Virus record (IMG/VR): IMGVR_UViG_3300048597_000634
Span: 141,545-205,544 of that record
DNA length: 64,000 bases
Reading direction: 5' to 3' (one strand)
A program made the translations under genes and the position numbers. Under the pieces are notes generated by a model. It did no database searches. It had not been told where the DNA came from and was given only the letters and a program-made list of their open reading frames with translations. Each line of letters opens with the position of its first letter. Within the stretch, counting starts at the first letter, position 1. Of this stretch, positions 42,601 through 52,321 are shown piece by piece.

Positions 42601-43608
42601 TTAGTCCTTCTGCTTGAGCAGGAACGCGTTGCTGATGACTTTAAACGACAGAGTGTTGTCGAAGTTGCGGTACACGACCCCTTCCCGTTTAGTCTCTTTG
42701 TTGAGGACGCTCGGTCCATCTGCCAATTCGATGAGCTTCTTACGGTCTTGGGGTAACTCTACGTCAGTCTCTAACAGGGGTACCATCTCTAGCTCCAGCT
42801 TGTGACACCAATCCTGGAGGTAGTAGAGCTACTCCTTGACGAACTTGTCGATGTTGAAGACGGTGAAGGGACGGAAAGTGTGGGTACTCAGCTTATAAGG
42901 ATTACCTTGGATGCCGGGGCCGATTAGCTCGCCTTGGATAGCAATGTTAACCCCGTAGGCTGTAAGCTTCTCTCTGAGCTTGAACTTGTTAGCGACCTGC
43001 CAGAAGGTGTTAGTCTCCGTTTCTACTAGGTTCATGTTCCTAGAGCAGACACCGAACTCTCCGTTGTTGAAGAATACGGTCATTGAGGAGCCGTCAAGTT
43101 TTTCCGTGGTGTAGTAACGGGCTTCGAGGTAGTCTTGGTACTTGAGGTTTTGCACCCGTTCCTCATCGGTCTTGGTGATAAAGGAGGGGAAGTTACCCTT
43201 GCTGATACCTGCTAGCTGGGGCTTAACAGGGGGTTCGTAGAGGGTGACGTTGAGGTACTCTGAGACATCGTCACCTATAGCGTAGGTAGAAAGGTTGAAG
43301 CCTTTCTCTTCTACGGCGGCGATCGGCAACAATAATCCCTGAGATACCTGCCCGCGTAGCTTAACGGTGCGGAGACGGTTGCCGGGGATGTCGTTAAAGC
43401 TTTTAGGCTGGTCTCCTTTGGTTAGGAAAGGAGCGAGAGAGTGTGGTACCCAGGAGTCAATCTCAAAGTACACAGCGGAGTCTCCGACGGAGAACTCTCC
43501 TTTCTTAACCACCACTTGCCAGCCTTGGACAGTCGCTACTTCAATCAGGTCTGCTCCTTCTATGGGGTTAAGTTCAATGATAGTTTCTAGTCTTGCTAGC
43601 TTTCTCAT
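42601..43608 (-). CDS. Rnl2/DRB0094-family RNA ligase with in-frame TAG at 42829-42831
   Basis: MRKLA...IEGADLIE..., TEKLDGSS, QGELIGPGIQGN. After the TAG the same frame continues LYYLQDWC...VPLL...REGVVYR...SFKVISNAFLLK. Confidence 0.85.
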
Positions 43609-43612
43609 AGGT

Positions 43613-44161
43613 TTAATAATTGCGTTTAAGGACAGGGCGTTGTTTAAGTTCTTCGATCAGAGCGTAGTAATCGCTTAGTAGTTTACCAGTGGCGTCGTAG
43701 CCTACATCAAGAGCTCTATACTGTTCGAGACCAGAGTGCCCCCCGTGAAGATGGGCATAAAAGTGGATAGCGCCGTGGTGACACTCGTTCCAATAGTTGA
43801 TGGGGTAGTGGAACATTGTCACGAGAACCTTGTGGTCTCTTTCCCTCAGTTCTAAGTAGTCGTGGGTGCTGGCAAAGCACTCCATAAATTGTGGGTACTT
43901 GCAGTTTTTGTAGTCGTGGTTGCCCTTGATTAGAATCTTCTTTCCCTTTAGCTGTTGAAGAATCTCTACGGTGGGGCCAATACCTTTAAAGGAGACGTCT
44001 CCAAGGATGTAGATCAAGTCTTGGTCAGCAACGATGTCGTTCCACTCTTCGATCATCCTTCGGTCCATGTCGTCCACATCTTTGTAGTGACCCCGGACAT
44101 CGGGCGAGAACTTAAGGATATTCTTGTGCCCGAAGTGGAGGTCGGAGGTAATGTAAATCAT
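43613..44161 (-). CDS. calcineurin-like metallophosphoesterase
   Basis: SDLHFGH, LGDV, GNHD, HYP, HLH; likely start MIYITSD at 44161. Confidence 0.88.
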   Translation of the reverse strand: MIYITSDLHFGHKNILKFSPDVRGHYKDVDDMDRRMIEEWNDIVADQDLIYILGDVSFKGIGPTVEILQQLKGKKILIKGNHDYKNCKYPQFMECFASTHDYLELRERDHKVLVTMFHYPINYWNECHHGAIHFYAHLHGGHSGLEQYRALDVGYDATGKLLSDYYALIEELKQRPVLKRNY

Positions 44162-45367
44162 TGTTCGGTTTCTGTGGTAATGCGAGCTACTACTTCCGCC
44201 CTGTGGCAAATAACAAGACTGCTGCTGGGCTTAGTCCACTCAGAGCTGTTACTTACTCTTCGCAGGCAGGAATAGGTTTTAGTGTGGGCAGAGGCTTTAA
44301 CTCTATTCTTTATTCTCTGGTGAGGTATCAGCTCGCAGAGCATAGATTTTGTGATCATCGTGTTTCCTTAGTTAACGATAGATAGGTTCTTACAGCAGAC
44401 TTACTGCTGAGTCTACGAATTACTCTGCACCACTCTCTATAGAGGATAGGGTGAAAAACGATGTAGATATAGCTTCTGGCGTATTTGGGTGCAGACCAGC
44501 GCAGTGACATCATACTCTTAGTCCTGGTGTAAAGCTCATGTAGTTCGTCCTTTAGGCTATCGACTGTCATGCCTGCGGTCGCATCACCTATGTTGGCTAT
44601 TTTCTGTTTACTTAGCATTGAACAGTGTCCTCTCTAAGACGAACTCCAGGTCGTTGTAACATTTTGGGATGTTAGCTTTGTAATGTACATAACCCCCTTT
44701 GTGCTCTCTCTGGATAAAACCTACTCTACCGCTCAAGACACGTATTTGGTCTGCGATAGCTCTATTCCGTCTTGGATAGTACTTGGCTGACCTCTTACTT
44801 AGCATCCGATAAATACTCCGTATGATAGGTCATCGATTACTCCAAACTGTCGTGGTGGGTCGAGCTTAGAGTAGAACCAACCGTTACTAATGTCGCTCAA
44901 ATAACCCACTCTTATTCCTAATCTTAGGCACTCTTCATTAAAGGTTTCCGTATTCATTGAGAGTCTTTGAGTCTTCTCTTTAGTTAGCATTGTTTACTCT
45001 ACAATCTTTACCGCCAGCCTAATTGCTACGAAGCATCGGGGTGGTATTAGTGTGTATAGGTAGTTGCAGCGAGACCCTATAGATTGTGACCGTTTCAAGT
45101 ATCCTACGTTGCATCCTAAGCCCAACCCCATTTCATTGAGTGTTTGTTTGTTTATCTTTAAGTGACGGGTTCTCTTTTTAGTCAGCATAGCTTACTCACT
45201 GTCACTCTTATCACTGCAAAGCATTGGGGTGGTGTTATATCGTAAGTGAAAAAGCCTGGGGTTTTTGAAGGCTCTAAATACCCTACACTGCACCCTAATG
45301 CGAACTGTAGCTCCTTGTGTCTTTCCTTATCTATCTTTAGGGGATGAGTTTTCTCTTTAGTCAGCAT
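44158..45367 (-). other. M-[LIVF]-[TSN]-K small-ORF array, block 5 (6 members)
   Basis: Starts at 44358, 44618, 44805, 44990, 45188 and 45367; four share G.VG[YF]...Y...P..F/Y. Confidence 0.8.
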
Positions 45368-46310
45368 GGTGGTCTAAGTAGTAAGAGACTAACTTAGCAT
45401 CCCAGAACTCTCTATCAGGTTCCGCAGGCAGGACCGACTTGAGTTCTCGCAGTTCATCAAGCTCATCCGCTAGCAATCCTTGCAGGTAGGGATAGGTATG
45501 CTTACCCTCTTTAATCTCCCTAAGAAACTTGGCCTCCTTCAAAGGCATCTCCAGATGTCCTGTGGTGAGCAGTTCTTTAATCTGATAGACGCAGCGGAAG
45601 GCATGGCTGACAGCTTTAAAGTCAACGCCACGGTTTTCCATAGCATCGACGCTGCGGGCTCCGTACTTGTCGATCCACAGCGAGAGGGAGTGGGCTAAGT
45701 TGCCTATCTTCTGATTAAGTTGGTAGTGCTTCTCTAGCACGCGGATGTAGTAGACAGTGTTACCCACCTTGTCTTGCTGCTCGACCTGGCGGATGTGCTC
45801 CGAAACCTCGAACTTTTCAAAGACTTCTCCCACCTTAGTATCGCTGGGATGAGTCTTTAACCAATCTCGGAAGCGGATTACTTCTCCGAGGCGGCTACCC
45901 TTCAGTCCATATTTAGCAGCCTGCTGGGTGGCGTAGCCGATGAACGGTTTAACGTTGCTGCTGAGCAGCTTACTGCGATGCTCGATGATATCTAACCACA
46001 CCTCGTTGTGCTCCAACCACATCTCTTTAGGAGAGAACAGAAGGTCGATGGCGTAGATCTGTCCGGTCAGGGCGTCCTTAATGAACCGGCGTAGCTCTTT
46101 GTATTGGTAGTCGATGTCGTCCTTGGTGTTGCGGCGGCGGTCGCTGGCTGCCTTTGTGTTGTAGATGATGGTTTCTTGGTCAATGCCTAGGATGACATCT
46201 TCTACCGGAGCTTTGTAGATTCCTTTGTAGTCCTTGTCAGAGTTGGGGGTGTCGGTGCCGTAGAGGTGGGAACCGTGGAGGCATAGAAGAATGGTGTTGA
46301 GTTTTTTCAT
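45357..46310 (-). CDS. pol-beta superfamily nucleotidyltransferase (phage type)
   Basis: HGSHLYGTDTPNSDKDYKGIY (GS...DxD), KAVSHAFR, L.EIKEGK. Confidence 0.82.
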   Translation of the reverse strand: MKKLNTILLCLHGSHLYGTDTPNSDKDYKGIYKAPVEDVILGIDQETIIYNTKAASDRRRNTKDDIDYQYKELRRFIKDALTGQIYAIDLLFSPKEMWLEHNEVWLDIIEHRSKLLSSNVKPFIGYATQQAAKYGLKGSRLGEVIRFRDWLKTHPSDTKVGEVFEKFEVSEHIRQVEQQDKVGNTVYYIRVLEKHYQLNQKIGNLAHSLSLWIDKYGARSVDAMENRGVDFKAVSHAFRCVYQIKELLTTGHLEMPLKEAKFLREIKEGKHTYPYLQGLLADELDELRELKSVLPAEPDREFWDAKLVSYYLDHHAD

Positions 46311-48009
46311 TGCTTATTGGTGACTTTAATAGCGTCTTTAATGGCTTGCGCTAACGGTGGCACTACATATGCGTAGACTGGGGCTTTGTTGTATCTCAAA
46401 GATGTCTCTCTTGCTCCTAGAAGATGAGTTTCTATCCAGAACATGGAATCATGGAGCTTGCTGAGACTTCTCTCAGTGTATGAATTTGTGTGCTGCTTGG
46501 TTAGCATTAGGACCTCTTTTTGACTCTCTGCCAAGCTCTAATAGCGAAGCCTACAGCGGCATAACACTTAGGGCTACCAATGCAACCGACTCTGGCCCTT
46601 GTTTTGTTTAATTCGCCGTCAACATAGTAAGCCCAGCAAACTGCTGGTTTTGGGTCTACTAGGCTTTGAATAGCGTGGCTCTTTTTAAGCATCAGAACTG
46701 GTACATGGTCGTTAGACGGTTAACTAAGTAATCGTAGACTTTATCAAGCTTAGAGCCTTGATCGTAAATGACATTTACCAGGTTTGTGGTGGTCTCTGGA
46801 TACAACTTAACAGTCAGTTTGGCGTCTAACTTGTGCGCTACTCCTCTACAGCGTATCTTAACGTTGGTGCAGCTCTTACTTTGAAATTCAACACTAAAGT
46901 TTAAACCACCAGACTCTTTAAGTTGCTCCTCTAGAAATACTGTAGGGTGCAGCCTTTCACTGTTATAAGAGAACTCTGGGTACTTTGCTTGTTGCGTTTC
47001 AGAGTCTATCACCACCATAAAGAGATCTGTGATTTGTTTACACATCAACTTTGTGATATGGGTCTCTAACACTTTATAAAAGTGTGATAACGTTTCTTTA
47101 TAACTTTGTAAGTACAGTTCTTTAGCTTGTTTGTGGTTGTTGACGAAAGTCATTAGTTCGATAAGTTCGTGTTCAATCTGCATTGTTATTGCACTCCTTT
47201 CATGTATTTGATCATAAAGTCATTGATAGCATAGGCTACCGCTTCAAGATGTCTGGGGGTTTTGTAGAAGAGTGAATCTCTTATTTTTACAAGTTGTTTG
47301 TCAAGACGCTTAACTGAAGGTGAAGGTCTGTTGCAGCTTAAAGTGACATTAGTCTTCCTTAACATTAAATAATCCTATTATGTTGGGTAATGGCTTTGTG
47401 TACGCTGTTCTCTACTATTGAGTAAATTAAGGGCTTTAGGCAGCGGTAGTAGCCAGGAGCCGGTGGTGTCATCCTTAAGAAAGGGACCTGCACCCACTCT
47501 GCGTGGGTAATGTGTGGAGGTCCCTTTCTACTTAGCCTAGCTTGATTCTTAGTTAACATCCTGGTTCTCTGTCCTCTTAGGGCTTTCGGGTTTTACAATG
47601 GCGGCAAACCCTGCGAATAGAAAGAATATGAACTTGCCTGCCGATAACCAGCGCACGAAGTTCACGGTAAAACCGCAGTAGTCTAGAAAGCATGTCTCTA
47701 CCTTCTTGCGGATGTCTTCTGCTTCAAGGTAGAGGGGTCTGCTCACGCTGCTTTTGGTTAGCATCATTAAAGCTCTTTTAGAGGACTCATGTAATGTCCA
47801 GTGGACCACTCTTTTAGATTAAAGTAAGCTTTCAAAGTTCTTTTAATAGCTTTCTCTATCTGAACATATCTATTCATCTCTCTATAAGGGATAGACCTCT
47901 TAATGTCTATCGTCTTTAAGGTGTTAAACCAATTCTGTCGGTATTCATACCTTAAATCGTAGTTTGGAATTGCCCTTGTAACTCTTGCTAGGTCTTTCTT
48001 GGTTAGCAC
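46307..48009 (-). other. M-[LIVF]-[TSN]-K small-ORF array, block 6
   Basis: Starts near 46507, 46692, 47365, 47559, 47764 and 48009. Confidence 0.7.
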
Positions 48010-48290
48010 CGCTCGGGCCTCCCTATAAGACTTAGCTCTATGTTTTCTCCAAAGAACTCCATAGGCTTCCAGCGGTTCTCATCCCAAATAAAGTACATCG
48101 TCTTGGTGTGGTTCTGTAGAATAACGGCCACCCTTAGGATGTAGCGTGCTGTTTGCTTTTCACGGTTGGCTCTTTTCTCTGCCAGTGTTACTACACCTGT
48201 GTGGAGAGTGTTCTTAGTCTTGTTAAAGACATGGACTAAGGAGCCTACTTCTATCTCATCGGGCCATTCCTCGAATACGTCGCCGGTGTA
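48003..48290 (-). pseudogene. 5'-truncated ORF whose start is replaced by the omegaRNA remnant
   Basis: Open frame YTGDVFEEWPDE...RPERC* has no start before an in-frame TAA inside the remnant. Confidence 0.5.
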
Positions 48291-48416
48291 CTCGGGGGCA
48301 CTGAGAAAGCTTAACGCTTAGGGAGATGGAGCCGCTATCTTTGTTGGAGCAATCCTGCATAGGTAAGTTCTGTCAATGAACTAAGAATCCTTCGCCTTTA
48401 GGCGAGGGAGTGTCAA
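48288..48416 (+). ncRNA. orphan IS200/IS605 right end / omegaRNA-like scaffold without tnpB
   Basis: Colinear with the 3' end of the element at 50214-50361; ends AAGAATCCTTCGCCTTTAGGCGAGGGAGTGTCAA. Confidence 0.7.
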
Positions 48417-48592
48417 TGCTGAATGAGTCCTTCTTTTAATAGGGCAGCCTTAGAGGCAGAGTCCATCTTTCTGTTAATGTTCTCCGTGGCCACTAAAACT
48501 GATGTTATTGCTGGACCAATCTCTTTTTGCAGTCCTATTCTTACTAAGATACGGACCGTTCACAAAACCTGTAGAAAAACGAGGTCTTGTTT

Positions 48593-49009
48593 TTAGATTG
48601 GATTAACCACTCTAGGGCGCAACGGCTGAGCCCCTATCAACTCGGACATTACGTCGTTGCTGAATACTTTTAGGCAGCAATTTAATGCCCCGTTAACGTC
48701 TGCGTTAAGCAACACACCAGTGGCAGTCTTAAACAACCCACGCTTAACACGACGACCTACATAGGACTTATGCTTCTTGACAGGTTCTAGGTCATAAGCA
48801 GAGCATTTGCTGGTGTAGCTTTCCTCTGTCTCTATTACCTTGATACCTACAAGCGCCGCCTTATATGTGATTTGGTCTATCAGTTTACGGTGGGGAATTT
48901 GAGTAAACTGCTGGTTGTTACGCTTACCAATGTTAATCTCTTGTTTCCACAAGCTGTTGTAGCCCACTACAAGCGTCGTTACTAGGTTTTCGACACAGTA
49001 GTCGATTAC
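48593..49009 (-). pseudogene. tnpB: C-terminal fragment of outer TnpB
   Basis: GYN..WKQ.INIGKRNNQQF..IP...EESYTSKCS...GRRVKRGLF...NADVNGALN; the central RuvC-I region is missing. Confidence 0.8.
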
Positions 49010-50361
49010 CTAAGAATTGGGTTTAAAGCCTAGCCCTTCAGGGCTACTTTTATCTGCGTCTTTATGTGATAAGATGAGAGGATGTTAGTAAGAGAAGCCA
49101 AGCTATTGAATGGAGCGCAGGGGCAATATATCGCCCTTGATGAAGCCATTCGCACCGCACAGTTCATTCGGAACAAGTGCGTTAAATATTGGATGGACAA
49201 CACAAGTGTGGGTAAAGCAACTCTGTATGTCCACTCTAAAGACCTAGCTAAAGAGTTTGAGTTTGCTAAAAAGCTTAACTCTACTGCTCGACAAGCTAGT
49301 GCTGAACGCGCTTGGACTTCTATCTCTAACTTTTATAGCCGTTGCCGCAAGGGTGAAAAGAAGAAAGGCTACCCTCAGTTTAAGAAGCATTGTCGCTCTG
49401 TGGAGTACAAGCAGTCAGGGTGGAAGCTATCAGGTGATTGTATGCAAATCACATTCACTGATGGATTTAACGCAGGGACTTTCTCTATATTCTGTAATGC
49501 AGAGACAAGGGAAGACTTGCATACACTAAAGATTAACAGGGTACGTGTAGTCTGTCGGGCTGATGGCTACTATGCCCAGTTTCTATTCGATGCCGACCGC
49601 AAGGAACAAGGAGTGTATACAGGTAACGTTATTGGATTGGACTTAGGGTTGAAATACTTCTACAAAGACCAAAACGATAACGCTGTTGTTTATCCCCAGT
49701 ATCTACGGAAAGCAGAGAAGCGTCTTAAGCGACAACAGCGGCGGTTAAGTAGGAAGTTTAAGAAAGGGCTTAAGCCCCAATCTAATAACTACCACAAGCA
49801 AAGAAAACGACTAGGTAAAACCCATCTTAAAGTCCAACGCCAACGTAAAGACTGGAGCATTAAGCAAGCTCGGTGCGTGGTAATGTCTAACGACATTGTG
49901 GTGTACGAAGACTTAAAGATAGGGAACATGGTTAAGAATCATTCCTTGGCTAAGTCAATCTCCGATGCTAGTTGGTATCAATTCACTCAATGGTTAGACT
50001 ACTACGGCAAGATTTGGGACAAGGTAGTTGTATCGGTAAATCCCGCATACACTAGCCAAGATTGTCCCAATTGTGGTCACAGAGTCAAAAAGACATTAAG
50101 TACCAGGACACATTCTTGTCCCAGTTGTGGATTTGAAGCCTGTCGCGATACTGTGGCGGCAATGAACATCCTTAAAAAGGGCATGAAGTTGTTAGGTATT
50201 GAGTGGCAAAACAGTACGCAAGGGCATTGCGAAACTGGGGAGAAATCCCGAACGACTGAGGAGATAATCGCCTCTGCTATAGATAGGCAACTTGAAATAG
50301 TAAGTGATGTCGATGAATCAGTAACAAGAATCCCCGCCCTAAAGGGCGAGGAGCATGTCAA
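49010..50361 (+). mobile_element. IS200/IS605-family (IS1341/IS891-like) tnpB-only element
   Basis: Preceded by TTAC (49006-49009); left hairpin TAGCCCTTCAGGGCTA; right hairpin followed by terminal TCAA. Confidence 0.8.
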
Positions 50362-50386
50362 GCTTCCAGTCTTTGTGTGCGGCTAA
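49082..50386 (+). CDS. tnpB: RNA-guided endonuclease TnpB (catalytic motifs intact)
   Basis: GLDLG (RuvC-I), YEDL (RuvC-II), CPNC..CPSC zinc finger, RDTVAA (RuvC-III). Confidence 0.93.
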   Translation: MLVREAKLLNGAQGQYIALDEAIRTAQFIRNKCVKYWMDNTSVGKATLYVHSKDLAKEFEFAKKLNSTARQASAERAWTSISNFYSRCRKGEKKKGYPQFKKHCRSVEYKQSGWKLSGDCMQITFTDGFNAGTFSIFCNAETREDLHTLKINRVRVVCRADGYYAQFLFDADRKEQGVYTGNVIGLDLGLKYFYKDQNDNAVVYPQYLRKAEKRLKRQQRRLSRKFKKGLKPQSNNYHKQRKRLGKTHLKVQRQRKDWSIKQARCVVMSNDIVVYEDLKIGNMVKNHSLAKSISDASWYQFTQWLDYYGKIWDKVVVSVNPAYTSQDCPNCGHRVKKTLSTRTHSCPSCGFEACRDTVAAMNILKKGMKLLGIEWQNSTQGHCETGEKSRTTEEIIASAIDRQLEIVSDVDESVTRIPALKGEEHVKLPVFVCG

Positions 50387-50662
50387 ATAACCTTTCCAAG
50401 TCTGAGCAACACGCTTAACTATCTGTTTGGACACCTTTGTAGGCAAGTCCAAATATGCCTCTGTCGCCTTCAGTAGGTGATAAAGGTCATAGAATCCAAT
50501 GTATCCGCCAGACTCAAAGAACTTCTGTCTGATGTGGTAATTGGCTAAGTTGTATAAGTTCTTTGCCCTCCACGATAAATCGTCCACTGTGGAGAAATAG
50601 GCACTTGATAGCTTAATGTTTGTTCGCTCGACTTGTCTCATGGATTTACGCTGTGCAACCAT
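50362..50662 (-). pseudogene. tnpB: N-terminal fragment of outer TnpB
   Basis: AKNLYNLANYHIRQ.F...LP.KVSKQ...W. Confidence 0.8.
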
Positions 50663-50777
50663 TACTACTAGATTCTACAACTTTCTACAGATTTATGCCA
50701 ACAGTGACCAACCCTTAGGTTGTTGGCTTTAAGAAGTCCAGGATAGGCTCTGAGGCTAGACTCTGCTCTTTGCTTGT

Positions 50778-51469
50778 TCATAAGTTAGTCACTATTTGTT
50801 TACTAAGACTTTTCCCGGCGGCTATGCCCATACGCTGGCTAATCCAACAAACTTTGTTTGTGTAACCTATGCTAGTAGTCTTAGTTGTTTGTCTATAGCG
50901 TGTGATAGCCTGACTTATTTCTGCATTAATTAAGATAGTTAGCCTGTGATTCTTACAGATAAAGCCGTTCTCCGCCATTATATACGCCTTCAAGCTATTC
51001 TTAGCGTGCTGCTTGTTCATATAGTCCTAAATCTGATATTACCGTAGCTGTGATTAGGTTCGAAGCACGATCATATAATCTATAAACATCAAACCGAAGC
51101 CAAAGTGTGTGTTCTTTGTACAGTCCTCGATTAGGTAATATAGCTCTTGTGCTTACCGCACTGAGATTAAATCTGACTTGAGTCTTAACTACATTCTGAC
51201 TAGAACAAACGTTGGTTACTGGCTTTTTGAAGGACATCCTATTAGAAATGACGCTGGTCTTAGTTTTAGTTATCACCACTCCTCCGTTTTAGCGTGGTGC
51301 TTATGGTGTTATAAACAGAATGAAATTGGTTGAGAATTTGCAGTCTTAAAGAACACAACGGCAGACAGTATACAGAGCAACCCTTCGATTGTAACTCTCT
51401 AACTTGTACAGTTATAAGTGACTTGTATGATTTGCTGCGAGCTCCTGCGGCATTAATTTTGGTAATCAT
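50778..51469 (-). other. M-[LIVF]-[TSN]-K small-ORF array, block 7
   Basis: MITKINA (51469), VITKTK (51276) and MNKQHA (51020). Confidence 0.65.
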
Positions 51470-51913
51470 GGGGATATGGTAAAGGTTTGTGTTTCTTTAC
51501 TGACACATAAACTTTGCACAACACTTACTTCTGCATTACACTCTCGGCGTTCATTAAATAGTGTACTTACCGCCGCTTGACTGACGATATTTACTGTACA
51601 AGGCGCAATGCCGTCGTTTAATTGAGTATTGTAATCACATAAGCTTTGGCACCACTCATAGACTGTTTGTCGCTCTACTATTGTTAAGTCAACACCTAAT
51701 TCGTTATAAAACTTGTCTGTGCAAAACAAAATTAGATGGACTGTCGGACTATTAATTTTGTTGTAGTTGTACTTGAATGTGGCTCGGCGGCAGCCCTGGT
51801 CATATAACCTACCAAGTAAGGTTAATACGTCCTGCTTATCTGAGTGGTTAGGTGGGAATAGCAGGTACGACGTTTCGGCGTTTAGGGTTATTTCTGACAT
51901 ATGCGATTTAAAA

Positions 51914-52321
51914 CTAATAGGATGCGCTGGTGGTCTCTATAGCATCACCCCACGTTTCCAGTATTTTGGGGTAGATGTCGTCTAAGTCGATTTTTAGGCA
52001 GTCGCCTTCACTGTTATAGGCAAAAGCGTAGCCGATGATATAACGCAGCTTTTCAGCCCCAGACTCCATCAGCACAGCCACGCTGTCTTCTTGTAGATGT
52101 TTAGCAAAGAACTCTCTCCAATCAATATCTTCTTCTTCAAAGCCATCTTCGTTATAGGTGAAACTGGGGATACCTTCTTCAAAGAGCAGTGCACAGTATT
52201 CTTTGCCGTCGCGCTCTTCATGCACGACATTACATTGAATAGCATGACACTCCTCAAGGAATAATGCTTTATCTTTTACTCGAAAGTAGTTGGAGCGGGC
52301 GCTTGCGTAGTAATTAGCCAT
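51914..52321 (-). CDS. conserved hypothetical phage protein
   Basis: MANYYASARSNYFRVKD...VLMESGAEKLRYIIGYA. Confidence 0.65.
   Translation of the reverse strand: MANYYASARSNYFRVKDKALFLEECHAIQCNVVHEERDGKEYCALLFEEGIPSFTYNEDGFEEEDIDWREFFAKHLQEDSVAVLMESGAEKLRYIIGYAFAYNSEGDCLKIDLDDIYPKILETWGDAIETTSASY

Larger units (their letters stand above)
48558..50713 (-). mobile_element. IS607-like tnpB-only element, disrupted by a nested insertion
   Basis: GGT core at both junctions and TGTAGAA repeats near the ends. Excision restores an in-frame host ORF MNKQRAESSLRAYPGLLKANNLR|VRILVRIG. Confidence 0.7.

Noticed and set aside
42829-42831. Genome-wide TAG recoding
   Set aside because: TAG serves as an ordinary stop elsewhere (for example 16851, 23014, 30478), and other long genes are not fragmented.
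48417-48436. Orphan omegaRNA guide targeting 47782-47790 (ATGAGTCCT)
   Set aside because: Only a 9-nt match, not in the seed position and without an adjacent TTAC; compatible with chance.
12594-51469. Integron attC cassette array explaining the MLTK ORFs
   Set aside because: There are no intergenic attC hairpins because the ORFs overlap, the motif does not match GTTRRRY, and no integrase is present in the window.
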